In this document: positions 27,803 to 35,851 of the stretch, piece by piece
Position numbering within the stretch: the first letter of the stretch is position 1
How the letters are laid out: every line of letters begins with the position of its first letter
Origin: a virus
Length of the DNA: 64,000 nt
Reading direction: 5' to 3' (one strand)
IMG/VR virus record: IMGVR_UViG_3300027881_000008
Span: 1 to 64,000 of that record
Made by a program: the position numbers and the translations under genes
Notes under the pieces: model-generated
The model's database searches: none
What the model saw: the letters and a program-made list of their open reading frames with translations, nothing else
Told to the model about the DNA's origin: nothing

Positions 27803-28192
27803 ATGGCATCGTACCGACCCAACTACTGGAACAACTACCCCGAGCCTTTCTACGCGGACTGGCAGCAGGAACCGATCCCCGGGTGGGGCGCCCGCCCGGT
27901 CATGGCGGGCCCAGCTCGCGTGGGGGTGGGCGCCATGATCAGCTTGGCCAAAGAGCAGAAGCTTTCGTCGCACCTTACGTTGGCCAGGATAAAGCCCCAC
28001 ACGTTGGCCAGGATAAATCCCCACGCGATTGTGCGGCTGCCCGGATTCGTGGGAAAGCCGCCGGCCGACGAGGGAGGAGGCGGAACCACCCCTTCAGAGC
28101 CGTCGTCCGGTCTGCGCTGGTTTATCGCGGGTGCGCTCGTCTTGTCGGTCGGCGGCATCGGCTTCTACCGTGGATGGAAGGGAAAGCGATGA
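27803..28192 (+). CDS. Small tail-anchored protein
   Basis: RVGVG motif; TLARIxPH duplication; TM helix followed by KGKR. Confidence 0.65.
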   Translation: MASYRPNYWNNYPEPFYADWQQEPIPGWGARPVMAGPARVGVGAMISLAKEQKLSSHLTLARIKPHTLARINPHAIVRLPGFVGKPPADEGGGGTTPSEPSSGLRWFIAGALVLSVGGIGFYRGWKGKR

Positions 28193-29550
28193 GCTACCAG
28201 GGGATAGGCGCGCCGCCGGGGATGACACTGCTAGGCGGCGGCGCTGGCGCAGTAGGGCGCCGTGACCTCGGCGCAGTCGATGACCGGCCGGGGATGGCAC
28301 TGCTAGGCGGCGGCGCTGGCGCAGGCTGTTCGCTCGGGTACGAGCTGTCGGGGATGGACCCGCAGAGCGCTTCGTGCCCCGGGGGCGGTTGCGACTCGGA
28401 TTATTGCTGCTCTCCCCGAGACTGGCGCGACTCGGTTTATTGGAAGCTCAAGGGCGCGGTAAACTACGCGTACTTTCAAGAGGCATCTATCCGCAAATCT
28501 CTCTACCAGCTCCTCGACGTCCCTACCCCCACCGGGTTTCCGAGTCGTCTGGACGAGTACGCCTACGACGCCTGCGGGGACGAAGAGGGCCCAGCCTTTA
28601 CGCAGAGTCTCGAGGCGCTGCGGGCGCGCCTCAAGCGCGCCGGGTTTAACCTGTGGAATATCTTGCCCCCCGACCGCTGGTCCCGCGAAAAGAAAGGGGT
28701 GCGCTCGGAGTGCCAGAGCGACGGCTGGCTCAGCCAGATGCGTGCTCCCTATCCCTACAAGATCAGCGGCGGGGGCTTCATGGCGCGGTTGGCCTACTGG
28801 CGCGACGGCCCCATCGAGGGAGAGCGGGCGAAGTCCGTCTACAACGTTACGGGCGGCCATCCTGGCGCCTTCAAGGACTGGCTGGCCGACAAGGCGATTC
28901 CCCTGATCGCGACTTCGCCGACGAGCACTCGTATCGAGAACTCGTCCTTCAACCCGGATGGATACGACTCTGGCGGCGACCCTAGGTGGAAGGCCAAGGC
29001 GCCGTGGGCGCTGGTGGACCGTTGGATAGGCACCACCGCGCCGGCAGAGATAGCCCCGCTCATGCTCACCTGCGGTCCCAACTCCCGCCTGGGGGGCTGC
29101 TCCGGGTGCGAGGCCCCACCCGACCGTTGGGCGGCGCAGCACGGCGGCGACCCAGGCAACCGAGTCACGATGCGCGATATGGGGAAAGCCCCCTCGATGC
29201 GCTGGTGGGCTCGCTTCTTGGACGTGTTCGCCCCTTTGCCCGACGTGGGCTGGGAGCCTGCGACGAAGGCCGGTCGCGCTGCCCAACAAAGCCGCTTCGT
29301 TCTCGCTAAAACGCCGGGGCGGGTGGCGGCCCACAGCGCTTCTCTTCCTTCGCTGATGGCGGTTAGGAAGCCAGCCCCTAGGTTCGTGGCTTCGGACGAA
29401 GGGATCGAGCGGCGCGTCGGGGGCGGCACCCCGCCGGCACCGCCGGGCAAAAGCGCCACACAAGGAGCTGTCCCATGGGTCCTGGCGGGACTTGTTGGGG
29501 CGGGCTTGGTTGGCGGCGGCGTGTGGTATTGGAGGAGCAGGGATGTATAG
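28189..29550 (+). CDS. Cys-rich tail-anchored protein, paralog A (spike/receptor-binding candidate)
   Basis: MSYQGIG; shares two near-identical blocks with the next gene; TM helix followed by WYWRSRDV. Confidence 0.75.
   Translation: MSYQGIGAPPGMTLLGGGAGAVGRRDLGAVDDRPGMALLGGGAGAGCSLGYELSGMDPQSASCPGGGCDSDYCCSPRDWRDSVYWKLKGAVNYAYFQEASIRKSLYQLLDVPTPTGFPSRLDEYAYDACGDEEGPAFTQSLEALRARLKRAGFNLWNILPPDRWSREKKGVRSECQSDGWLSQMRAPYPYKISGGGFMARLAYWRDGPIEGERAKSVYNVTGGHPGAFKDWLADKAIPLIATSPTSTRIENSSFNPDGYDSGGDPRWKAKAPWALVDRWIGTTAPAEIAPLMLTCGPNSRLGGCSGCEAPPDRWAAQHGGDPGNRVTMRDMGKAPSMRWWARFLDVFAPLPDVGWEPATKAGRAAQQSRFVLAKTPGRVAAHSASLPSLMAVRKPAPRFVASDEGIERRVGGGTPPAPPGKSATQGAVPWVLAGLVGAGLVGGGVWYWRSRDV
28513..28654 (+). 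repeat. 142-bp direct repeat (second copy at 29822-29963)
   Basis: Two mismatches by eye. A second, less identical block pairs about 29058-29250 with about 30608-30800. Confidence 0.9.
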
Positions 29551-31105
29551 AGCAGTGGGAAAGCCGCCAGGGGTCGGTTTGGGATCGTTTGGTCCCGGCA
29601 CCGCAGGCGCAGGCCCCGGCTGCAGCTTGGGCTACGAGAGGGGGGGGATGGAGCCCGAGAGCAAGGACTGCCCTACCGGGGGGTGCGACAGCGAGTTCGG
29701 CGACGCGAGGGACTGTTGCGGCGTCTCACATTGGCGAGATTCTGTCTACCACAGGATCAAGGGGGGGCAAGCCTATCAGTACTTCCAAGAGGCGGCCATT
29801 CGGAGGGCCCTTTACGACCTGCTCGACGTCCCTACCCCCACCGGGTTTCCGAGTCGTCTGGACGAGTACGCCTACGACGCTTGCGGGGACGAAGAGGGCC
29901 CAGCCTTTACGCAGAGTCTCGAGGCGCTGCGCGCGCGCCTCAAGCGCGCCGGGTTTAACCTGTTCTCGATCCTTCCCCATAGCCGATGGTTCGTGGACGC
30001 CACCGGGACCAAGAGTCCCAAAGCCATCGACGTCGTGCACTTGGCCCCGTGTAGCGACTCTCAAGAAGACGGCTGGTACAGCAAGCGTCGCGTGTACCCC
30101 TACCTGAACGACGACTTCGTTCGGGTCAAGGTGAAAGGAAACGACGGCAAGTACCGGTGGGTCGTGAAGCCTCGCGGCACGACGACGGAAAACAAGAAGT
30201 ATCCGTGGGACACGGGAGAAAGGGAAGGGGGGGAGCCCGTTTGCGCCCGGCAGGACGGGGGTTGGACCGCGCACCCCGCCATGTCCACCATACCCGGTGG
30301 GAGTAATCTGTTCGGCCCTGAAAACTCGGAACTCAAAAAGGGCTTCAAGAACCCCTGCATCGGGGGCGCGCCGACCGTCAACAAAGAGATGGCGATATTT
30401 AACGTCACGGGCGGCAAGCCGGCCAAGTTCTGGGACTGGTGGGAGGACTTCGGAAAACCCCTCATTCGTTTCTCCCCCATCAGCAGCAGGGAACACCACT
30501 ATGGGGGACACCGAGACGCCTCTGCGACGCCGCGCTGGAAAGCGTGGAACCCCGAGCAAACGGAGAAACGGTTCACGGGCACCGTAGGTCCGGCTGAGGT
30601 GGCCCACCTCATGCTCACCTGCGGGCCCAGTTCGCGCTATGGAGCCTGCTCCGGGTGCGAGGCGCCAGCCGACCGTTGGGCGGCGCAGCACGGCGGAGAC
30701 CCAGGCAACCGAGTCACGATGCGCGACATGGGGAAAGACATCTCGATGCGCTGGTGGTCGAGGTTCTTGGACGTTTTCGCCCCTATGCCTGACGTGGGCG
30801 GCGGCGCCCCGAAAATCGACACGAGCAAGCTGAAGGCCGGGCTGAAGTTGTTCACCGCGCCGAAGAAGGGAGCGACTGGGATTTCTATCCACGGGCAGAT
30901 CGCTCCAGGTGCATTAAAAGCTGCGAGCATGGCTGTTTCGAGGCGGCCTGCCCCGGTGTTAGTGGCCCACGACGAGGGCTCCGTAGACGCCCCTCCACTG
31001 CCCCCAGCGCCTGCTCCCAAAAGCAACGTCCCCTACATTCTGGGTGGCATCACGGCGGTCGGCCTGGTCAGCGTAGGGGTCTGGTATTGGAGGAAGGATG
31101 TATAA
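29543..31105 (+). CDS. Cys-rich tail-anchored protein, paralog B
   Basis: MYRAVG..GVGLG; same conserved blocks with a longer variable centre; TM helix followed by WYWRKDV. Confidence 0.75.
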   Translation: MYRAVGKPPGVGLGSFGPGTAGAGPGCSLGYERGGMEPESKDCPTGGCDSEFGDARDCCGVSHWRDSVYHRIKGGQAYQYFQEAAIRRALYDLLDVPTPTGFPSRLDEYAYDACGDEEGPAFTQSLEALRARLKRAGFNLFSILPHSRWFVDATGTKSPKAIDVVHLAPCSDSQEDGWYSKRRVYPYLNDDFVRVKVKGNDGKYRWVVKPRGTTTENKKYPWDTGEREGGEPVCARQDGGWTAHPAMSTIPGGSNLFGPENSELKKGFKNPCIGGAPTVNKEMAIFNVTGGKPAKFWDWWEDFGKPLIRFSPISSREHHYGGHRDASATPRWKAWNPEQTEKRFTGTVGPAEVAHLMLTCGPSSRYGACSGCEAPADRWAAQHGGDPGNRVTMRDMGKDISMRWWSRFLDVFAPMPDVGGGAPKIDTSKLKAGLKLFTAPKKGATGISIHGQIAPGALKAASMAVSRRPAPVLVAHDEGSVDAPPLPPAPAPKSNVPYILGGITAVGLVSVGVWYWRKDV

Positions 31106-32795
31106 AGGTATCTGGGTGCCGCCGGGGATGGGCGCGTACGACGACTCTCCCGACGAGGCGGACTGGGGACATCGCAAGGTGCCCTCGCCAGCCTACCCTT
31201 GGGACGGGTGGGACAAAACTGGCAAGCACCCTGACGCGGCGGACTTCGGCTACGACACCGCCTCGGCCTATAGCCTTCTTGACGACGGCTTCCTCAACGA
31301 ACAGACGAAGATCGCGCTACCCGGGATGCCAAACACCGGCGAGTTGATACAGCTGGTGGGACCACCTTCCCAGTCTGCGGTTCTCGGCGTCAGGTCGGCT
31401 CTCGAAGGGGCGACGGGGCTGCCCGTGGACAAGATCGCTTCTACCATGGGGGTCGACCTCGGCCTCATGGGGTCGATGGTGGGCAATCTGGTAAGAGGAG
31501 AGACCGAGGTCGCCCAACAACAGGCGCTCCAAATGGGAAAGGGGATCCTGAAGGCGGGGCTAGACCTCGCCTTTGGAAACATCCCAATCGTCGGGCAGAT
31601 CGTAGGGATCGCCGCCGACGTCGTGTTCGCTTTGCTGGGAAACGCGGCGAAGTTCCAAGCGGAAAAAATTCACAAGGCGACGCTCGATCAGGTGAGGAAA
31701 GAGCTGCAGAGCCGCTGCGACACGCTTTACTCGATAGGCCAAAATCCCGTGAAGACGGGGATCTCACTAGGGGACGGTTCCCTGATGGCCACGCCCTCCG
31801 ACTTGTTCCGCCCGGTGAGGGAAGCCTACGAATCTGGGAGCGGCGTATTGCCGATGACACCCGCGTCTGTCTACGTGCTCCTGTGCGGCGCGGAGAGCCA
31901 AGGGTTTGGCTTCTCCCGCCAGGAATGGGAACAAAAGAACGCGGGCTACGGCATCACAATACCGCCCCCGGTCCAGCGGCGGATGTGGAAGTGCATCAAA
32001 GCGATCTTCTCAGCGGTCCAACATCCCAGTGCGCAGTACGTTCCGGGCGACGGCGGCAAGTCGTCTTACATGGTCGTCCAAGAACTGGTGCGTACGCAGA
32101 GGGAGTCAAACAACTTCTCCGAAAGATCGATCTGGATGCTCGCCACCGAGCTCGCCGCCCGCGTCACCTATTGGCACCCTGACCCCAAGAAGGAAGAATG
32201 GGGCCCTTCAGGAGCCGGCGAGTACAACCGATACTACGGGGGAAACTGCTCCGGCACCGTGATGTGGCACGGCGCGGGCGGTCAGGGGGAGGAGTGCTTC
32301 AAGCGTGGCGGCTGCCAGACCCCCCAGGTGGTCTTCAAGAAGACGCGCGGGCGCTACATGGAGTGGGAGAAGGCCGAGAAAATCTCGGGCCCGACCGATT
32401 TCGCAGTAGCTCCTCTCGTGCGCGCCATAGCATCTCCTCAGACGGGCACCTTCTGGGTCGGTCAGGGCAAGTGGGCCGCGCTCATGCGCGAAGCTTACAG
32501 GGACCCCAAAAGCGGGCGCTTGGGCCTTTACCCGAACGAGAAGTTCGTGGCCGCACAGGGTCTCGACCAGCCCCGGGAGGCCAACAGCAAGCTGACTTTG
32601 AGCCTCGCGGGCACCCAACACCTCGTCATGAACCTGAAGAAGTCCATCGACGTTCAGGACGAGGGAGCCGAGGGGGAAGAGGAAGGCCCCAGCTTGGTTC
32701 CGTGGGTGTTGGGCACCGCCGTTCTTGGCACCGGAGCCTACTTCGGGGCCCGACAGCTGGGGCGGATGGGACGGAAAAAGGGCTGGGGGAGATAA
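31098..32795 (+). CDS. Large tail-anchored protein with an internal hydrophobic/amphipathic segment
   Basis: MYKGI..PPGMG; IPIVGQIVGIAADVVFALLG; C-terminal TM helix followed by RKK. Confidence 0.7.
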   Translation: MYKGIWVPPGMGAYDDSPDEADWGHRKVPSPAYPWDGWDKTGKHPDAADFGYDTASAYSLLDDGFLNEQTKIALPGMPNTGELIQLVGPPSQSAVLGVRSALEGATGLPVDKIASTMGVDLGLMGSMVGNLVRGETEVAQQQALQMGKGILKAGLDLAFGNIPIVGQIVGIAADVVFALLGNAAKFQAEKIHKATLDQVRKELQSRCDTLYSIGQNPVKTGISLGDGSLMATPSDLFRPVREAYESGSGVLPMTPASVYVLLCGAESQGFGFSRQEWEQKNAGYGITIPPPVQRRMWKCIKAIFSAVQHPSAQYVPGDGGKSSYMVVQELVRTQRESNNFSERSIWMLATELAARVTYWHPDPKKEEWGPSGAGEYNRYYGGNCSGTVMWHGAGGQGEECFKRGGCQTPQVVFKKTRGRYMEWEKAEKISGPTDFAVAPLVRAIASPQTGTFWVGQGKWAALMREAYRDPKSGRLGLYPNEKFVAAQGLDQPREANSKLTLSLAGTQHLVMNLKKSIDVQDEGAEGEEEGPSLVPWVLGTAVLGTGAYFGARQLGRMGRKKGWGR

Positions 32796-32819
32796 CCAAC
32801 CACCTGTAAGGAGCGAACA

Positions 32820-33062
32820 ATGAGCGAAAAAATGAACTGGATACAAAAGCTGTCACATAGGAAAGACCCGGGGCGAGACGCCTTCGACGCGGCCCAGAAG
32901 GCGGCCCAGGAGGCGGCCGGTAAGGCGCCTGTCCAAGAGGCCGAGGCTGACCCTGTCGTGGTAGCCGAGCCCGATCCGGCTCCCGAGCCCGAACCCCCAG
33001 TTGAGGTGGCGCCCGAGCCCGAGCCCGAAAAGCCCAAGCGCGGCAGGTCGCGAAGGCGGTGA
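32820..33062 (+). CDS. Small P/E-rich protein with basic tail
   Basis: AAGGAG RBS. Confidence 0.6.
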   Translation: MSEKMNWIQKLSHRKDPGRDAFDAAQKAAQEAAGKAPVQEAEADPVVVAEPDPAPEPEPPVEVAPEPEPEKPKRGRSRRR

Positions 33063-33598
33063 GTTACGTCGGAGTGGGCAAGCCCCCCGGCGGCGGTGGC
33101 CGTGGCGGCGGTGGCCGTGGCGGCGGTGGCCGTGGCGGTGGAGGGCACGCGGGTATGGGTCCCGGTCCTGGTCCTGGGCCGCATCCTGGGCCCCATCCTC
33201 ACCCTCACCCTCATCCCGGGCCCGGCCCCCATCCTCACCCGGGCCCTCACCACCGGCCTGGCTGGGGTAGGCGCCGTCGGCGGCTACGGTGGGGCGGCTA
33301 TGCGCCGCCTGGCTACTACGACACCACGCCGTGGTACTTCACAACCGGCGACCAGTGCAGCTACTACGGAGGCCGGAAACAATGCGTATTGGCGGGTCCC
33401 AACGACTACGGGGGCGACCCCTTCTGCGACCCTGGTTGGGTGAGGCGGTGCATCGTACCGCTCGGCAGTTGCGCCAGTCTGGGCGGGTACAAGCAGTGCA
33501 TCCCTCTCCTTGCCGGCGACCCGCCTGATCCTCTATGTCCAACCGGGAACTCACGCCAGTGCGTGCTCCCTCCGCTTCGAGGCGGCTACACATGGTAG
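33059..33598 (+). CDS. Gly/Arg- and Pro/His-repeat protein with two Cys-rich repeats
   Basis: MSYVGVG; (GGGGR)3; (PH)n; two C.S.GG.KQC...DP.C...R.C repeats. Confidence 0.65.
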   Translation: MSYVGVGKPPGGGGRGGGGRGGGGRGGGGHAGMGPGPGPGPHPGPHPHPHPHPGPGPHPHPGPHHRPGWGRRRRRLRWGGYAPPGYYDTTPWYFTTGDQCSYYGGRKQCVLAGPNDYGGDPFCDPGWVRRCIVPLGSCASLGGYKQCIPLLAGDPPDPLCPTGNSRQCVLPPLRGGYTW

Positions 33599-33611
33599 GA
33601 AGGCCGAAAAG

Positions 33612-34226
33612 ATGAAACCAGCCGGTCCCACCGCCTCCTACCGGGCCTACATCCGAGGGCTCCAGAAGCAGGCCGCACAGCTGGAGGCGTCCCTGGTGGA
33701 CCTCGGCGCTCGCCGCCCCCGCCCCCCGCCGGGACTGGGGGTGCCTTGGTTGGGGGAGGCATACCAAAAAGTGAGGGAAGCAGGGGCGTACCTGGAACTG
33801 GAAGCGACGATGGGCCAGCCCGGCGACTACGACGAGGACACGCCTGCTCGGGAAGAGTACTGGGACCAGGTCGGAGAAGCCGAGCGCGCAGAGGAGGCGG
33901 TTCGCGCGGCCATGATACGCCTGCGCCCCAAAAACCCGAAGAGCCGCACGGTCCATCCCATCAAGCCGGCCACTATTCGGTCCCAGGTATTCTCCTCTTG
34001 GCTATTCCCGTACCGTGGGCACGGCGCCGTCGAGCCCACGCCGCTTGTCGTCTACGTGTTCACGGAGTCGGGGAACCTCCGCGACCCCTACAGCTACGGC
34101 CTAGCGCCCTACTTCGGCCGGGTAGCGGAGGCCCTCCGAAAGGACCCTCTCTATGGAGACGCTGGGTGGGACAGCGTCAACGCCGCCATCAGCTACTTCT
34201 GGCTTGAGCCGGAGGCGCTCGCGTGA
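33612..34226 (+). CDS. Hypothetical protein
   Basis: ATG at 33612; coupled to the next ORF. Confidence 0.5.
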   Translation: MKPAGPTASYRAYIRGLQKQAAQLEASLVDLGARRPRPPPGLGVPWLGEAYQKVREAGAYLELEATMGQPGDYDEDTPAREEYWDQVGEAERAEEAVRAAMIRLRPKNPKSRTVHPIKPATIRSQVFSSWLFPYRGHGAVEPTPLVVYVFTESGNLRDPYSYGLAPYFGRVAEALRKDPLYGDAGWDSVNAAISYFWLEPEALA

Positions 34227-34411
34227 CCAAGAAGGAGCTGAAAGAGATTGCGATCACCGCCGCCATCACGGCCGCCGCCTCGAGCGTGGCCTCGATCATA
34301 GCTAGCGGCGCAGTGGCCTACTTCATAACGCGGGCCAGCGCGAAAAAGGAGGAGGCGCGCGCGGCCCAGATGACCACCGAAGGAATGTGGCCTGAATGGC
34401 CGCCGGGCTGA
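34223..34411 (+). CDS. Small membrane protein
   Basis: Single hydrophobic helix. Confidence 0.5.
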   Translation: MTKKELKEIAITAAITAAASSVASIIASGAVAYFITRASAKKEEARAAQMTTEGMWPEWPPG

Positions 34412-35076
34412 TCGCGCGCGCCCTGGTGCGCAACGACGCGGGCCTGGTACTAGCCGTGGCCCCGCACCGCCGGCCAGGGCGCCTTACGCTACCCGGAGGG
34501 TTCGTGGACCCCGGCGAGTCGGTAGCTGAGGCCGCAGCGCGTGAGCTTCACGAGGAAACGGGGCTTGTCGCTGAGTCGATGGAGCCGCTGCTAGTGGTCG
34601 AGACCGCCCGGCGCCACACCGTGTTTTTCGCGGTAGCCGCTCGGGGGCGGTTACGCGGGAGCCCAGAAGGGCGCCCGGTCTGGGTGGAGCCAGCCAAGCT
34701 TCTGGGCACCAACCGTTACGCTGCATCGCACCGCGCGGTCTTCGACGCAGCTGGCATGCGCCCCAACCCGGGACGCGTGCGCGGCTACAAGGTTATGGCG
34801 CTGGCGGGCGACCGCCTGGTGTCGGGGGCGAACGCGCGTCTTTCCTTCCCAGCGCGAGAGGGGGCGGTCTTGAGAATGCCGGGCAACGGAATCTACCTCA
34901 GCCCCAACAGGGACTACGTGCTCGATTACTACAGCGGCTTGGCGGAGGACGAGGTGCTGCTCACCCTCGGCTTCCGAACGGCCGACATAAAGTGGGGGAA
35001 CCTCTCGGACCGAGAGTCCGAAGTGGGAGTTAGCCCCGTCACCGTTATCTCCATCGAGCGCATAGACCCAGGCTAA
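34396..35076 (+). CDS. Nudix hydrolase fused to an unknown C-terminal domain
   Basis: Nudix box GGFVDPGESVAEAAARELHEETGL. Confidence 0.88.
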   Translation: MAAGLIARALVRNDAGLVLAVAPHRRPGRLTLPGGFVDPGESVAEAAARELHEETGLVAESMEPLLVVETARRHTVFFAVAARGRLRGSPEGRPVWVEPAKLLGTNRYAASHRAVFDAAGMRPNPGRVRGYKVMALAGDRLVSGANARLSFPAREGAVLRMPGNGIYLSPNRDYVLDYYSGLAEDEVLLTLGFRTADIKWGNLSDRESEVGVSPVTVISIERIDPG

Positions 35077-35081
35077 GCGGG

Positions 35082-35112
35082 GTTGACTTGGTGGCAACTG
35101 CTGAGGCATTCT
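35082..35112 (+). promoter_or_regulatory. Promoter overlapped by a 17-bp operator
   Basis: GTTGAC-TTGGT-GGCAAC covers the TTGACT -35; CATTCT -10 lies 7 nt before the ATG at 35120. Confidence 0.55.
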
Positions 35113-35119
35113 GCGGGCC

Positions 35120-35851
35120 ATGGCTGAACACCTCACGGATACGGCGCCCGACGCCGCTGACACCGAGCCCTCTTTGCGGGAGCCCGACTTTGACATACCC
35201 GAAGGTGAGCACCCGGATTTGGCCCTCACGCCCGGCGAGCTCGCTGCAGCGACGGCGCATCTGAGCGGCGACACCTCCACTCCCATCCCTGACGCGAAGC
35301 GCGGGCCCGACGTGTTCGTCAAGTTCGCGTCAGCCACCACCAGCGCACACGACGACATGATGTCCGCTGCTGTCGAAGACGGCGACCGCCGGCGGGCTGA
35401 AGCCGACGCCGAGCGCGCCACCGCACGCGCGAAGGGGTTGGGCAACGACCCGAACGAAGTCGCGAGCCAACACACCAGCCTCTTCACTGATCATCCCGAG
35501 GTCGAGGAAGGGAAGGTGCATCTGTTTTACATCTCCCGCTTCGGCACCGAGGTGGAGTTCGAGGGGGTCGGCGACATCGTCATCCCCGACGAGCCGGCGT
35601 TCGAGGGCGAGCGGATGCTCATGCTCTTCTGTCCGCGCTGCCTAGAGAGGTACCCGGCAGCTCACTGCATCATCCAGGTGCGGCAGAGCAACAGGTTCTG
35701 GGCCCTAGACGAGAAGACCACGGGCGACCCTTTCGTGTTTGAGGACGAGCACTACGTGAGCGCGGGCATGATCATGGAATCGGAGGAGTTCACCTGCGGT
35801 CGGTGCTCGTGGGCAGCGAATATCGACAAAAACCGAGTGAGGCCGCGATGA
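35120..35851 (+). CDS. Acidic protein with Zn ribbon
   Basis: CPRC ... CGRC. Confidence 0.65.
   Translation: MAEHLTDTAPDAADTEPSLREPDFDIPEGEHPDLALTPGELAAATAHLSGDTSTPIPDAKRGPDVFVKFASATTSAHDDMMSAAVEDGDRRRAEADAERATARAKGLGNDPNEVASQHTSLFTDHPEVEEGKVHLFYISRFGTEVEFEGVGDIVIPDEPAFEGERMLMLFCPRCLERYPAAHCIIQVRQSNRFWALDEKTTGDPFVFEDEHYVSAGMIMESEEFTCGRCSWAANIDKNRVRPR

Noticed and set aside
28189-31105. Diversity-generating retroelement template/variable repeats
   Set aside because: Differences are not adenine-specific, both copies are coding, and no reverse transcriptase is seen
18301-32795. Host sortase, PEP-CTERM or MYXO-CTERM sorting signals
   Set aside because: No LPxTG, PEP or Gly-Cys motif before the TM helices, and no N-terminal signal peptides
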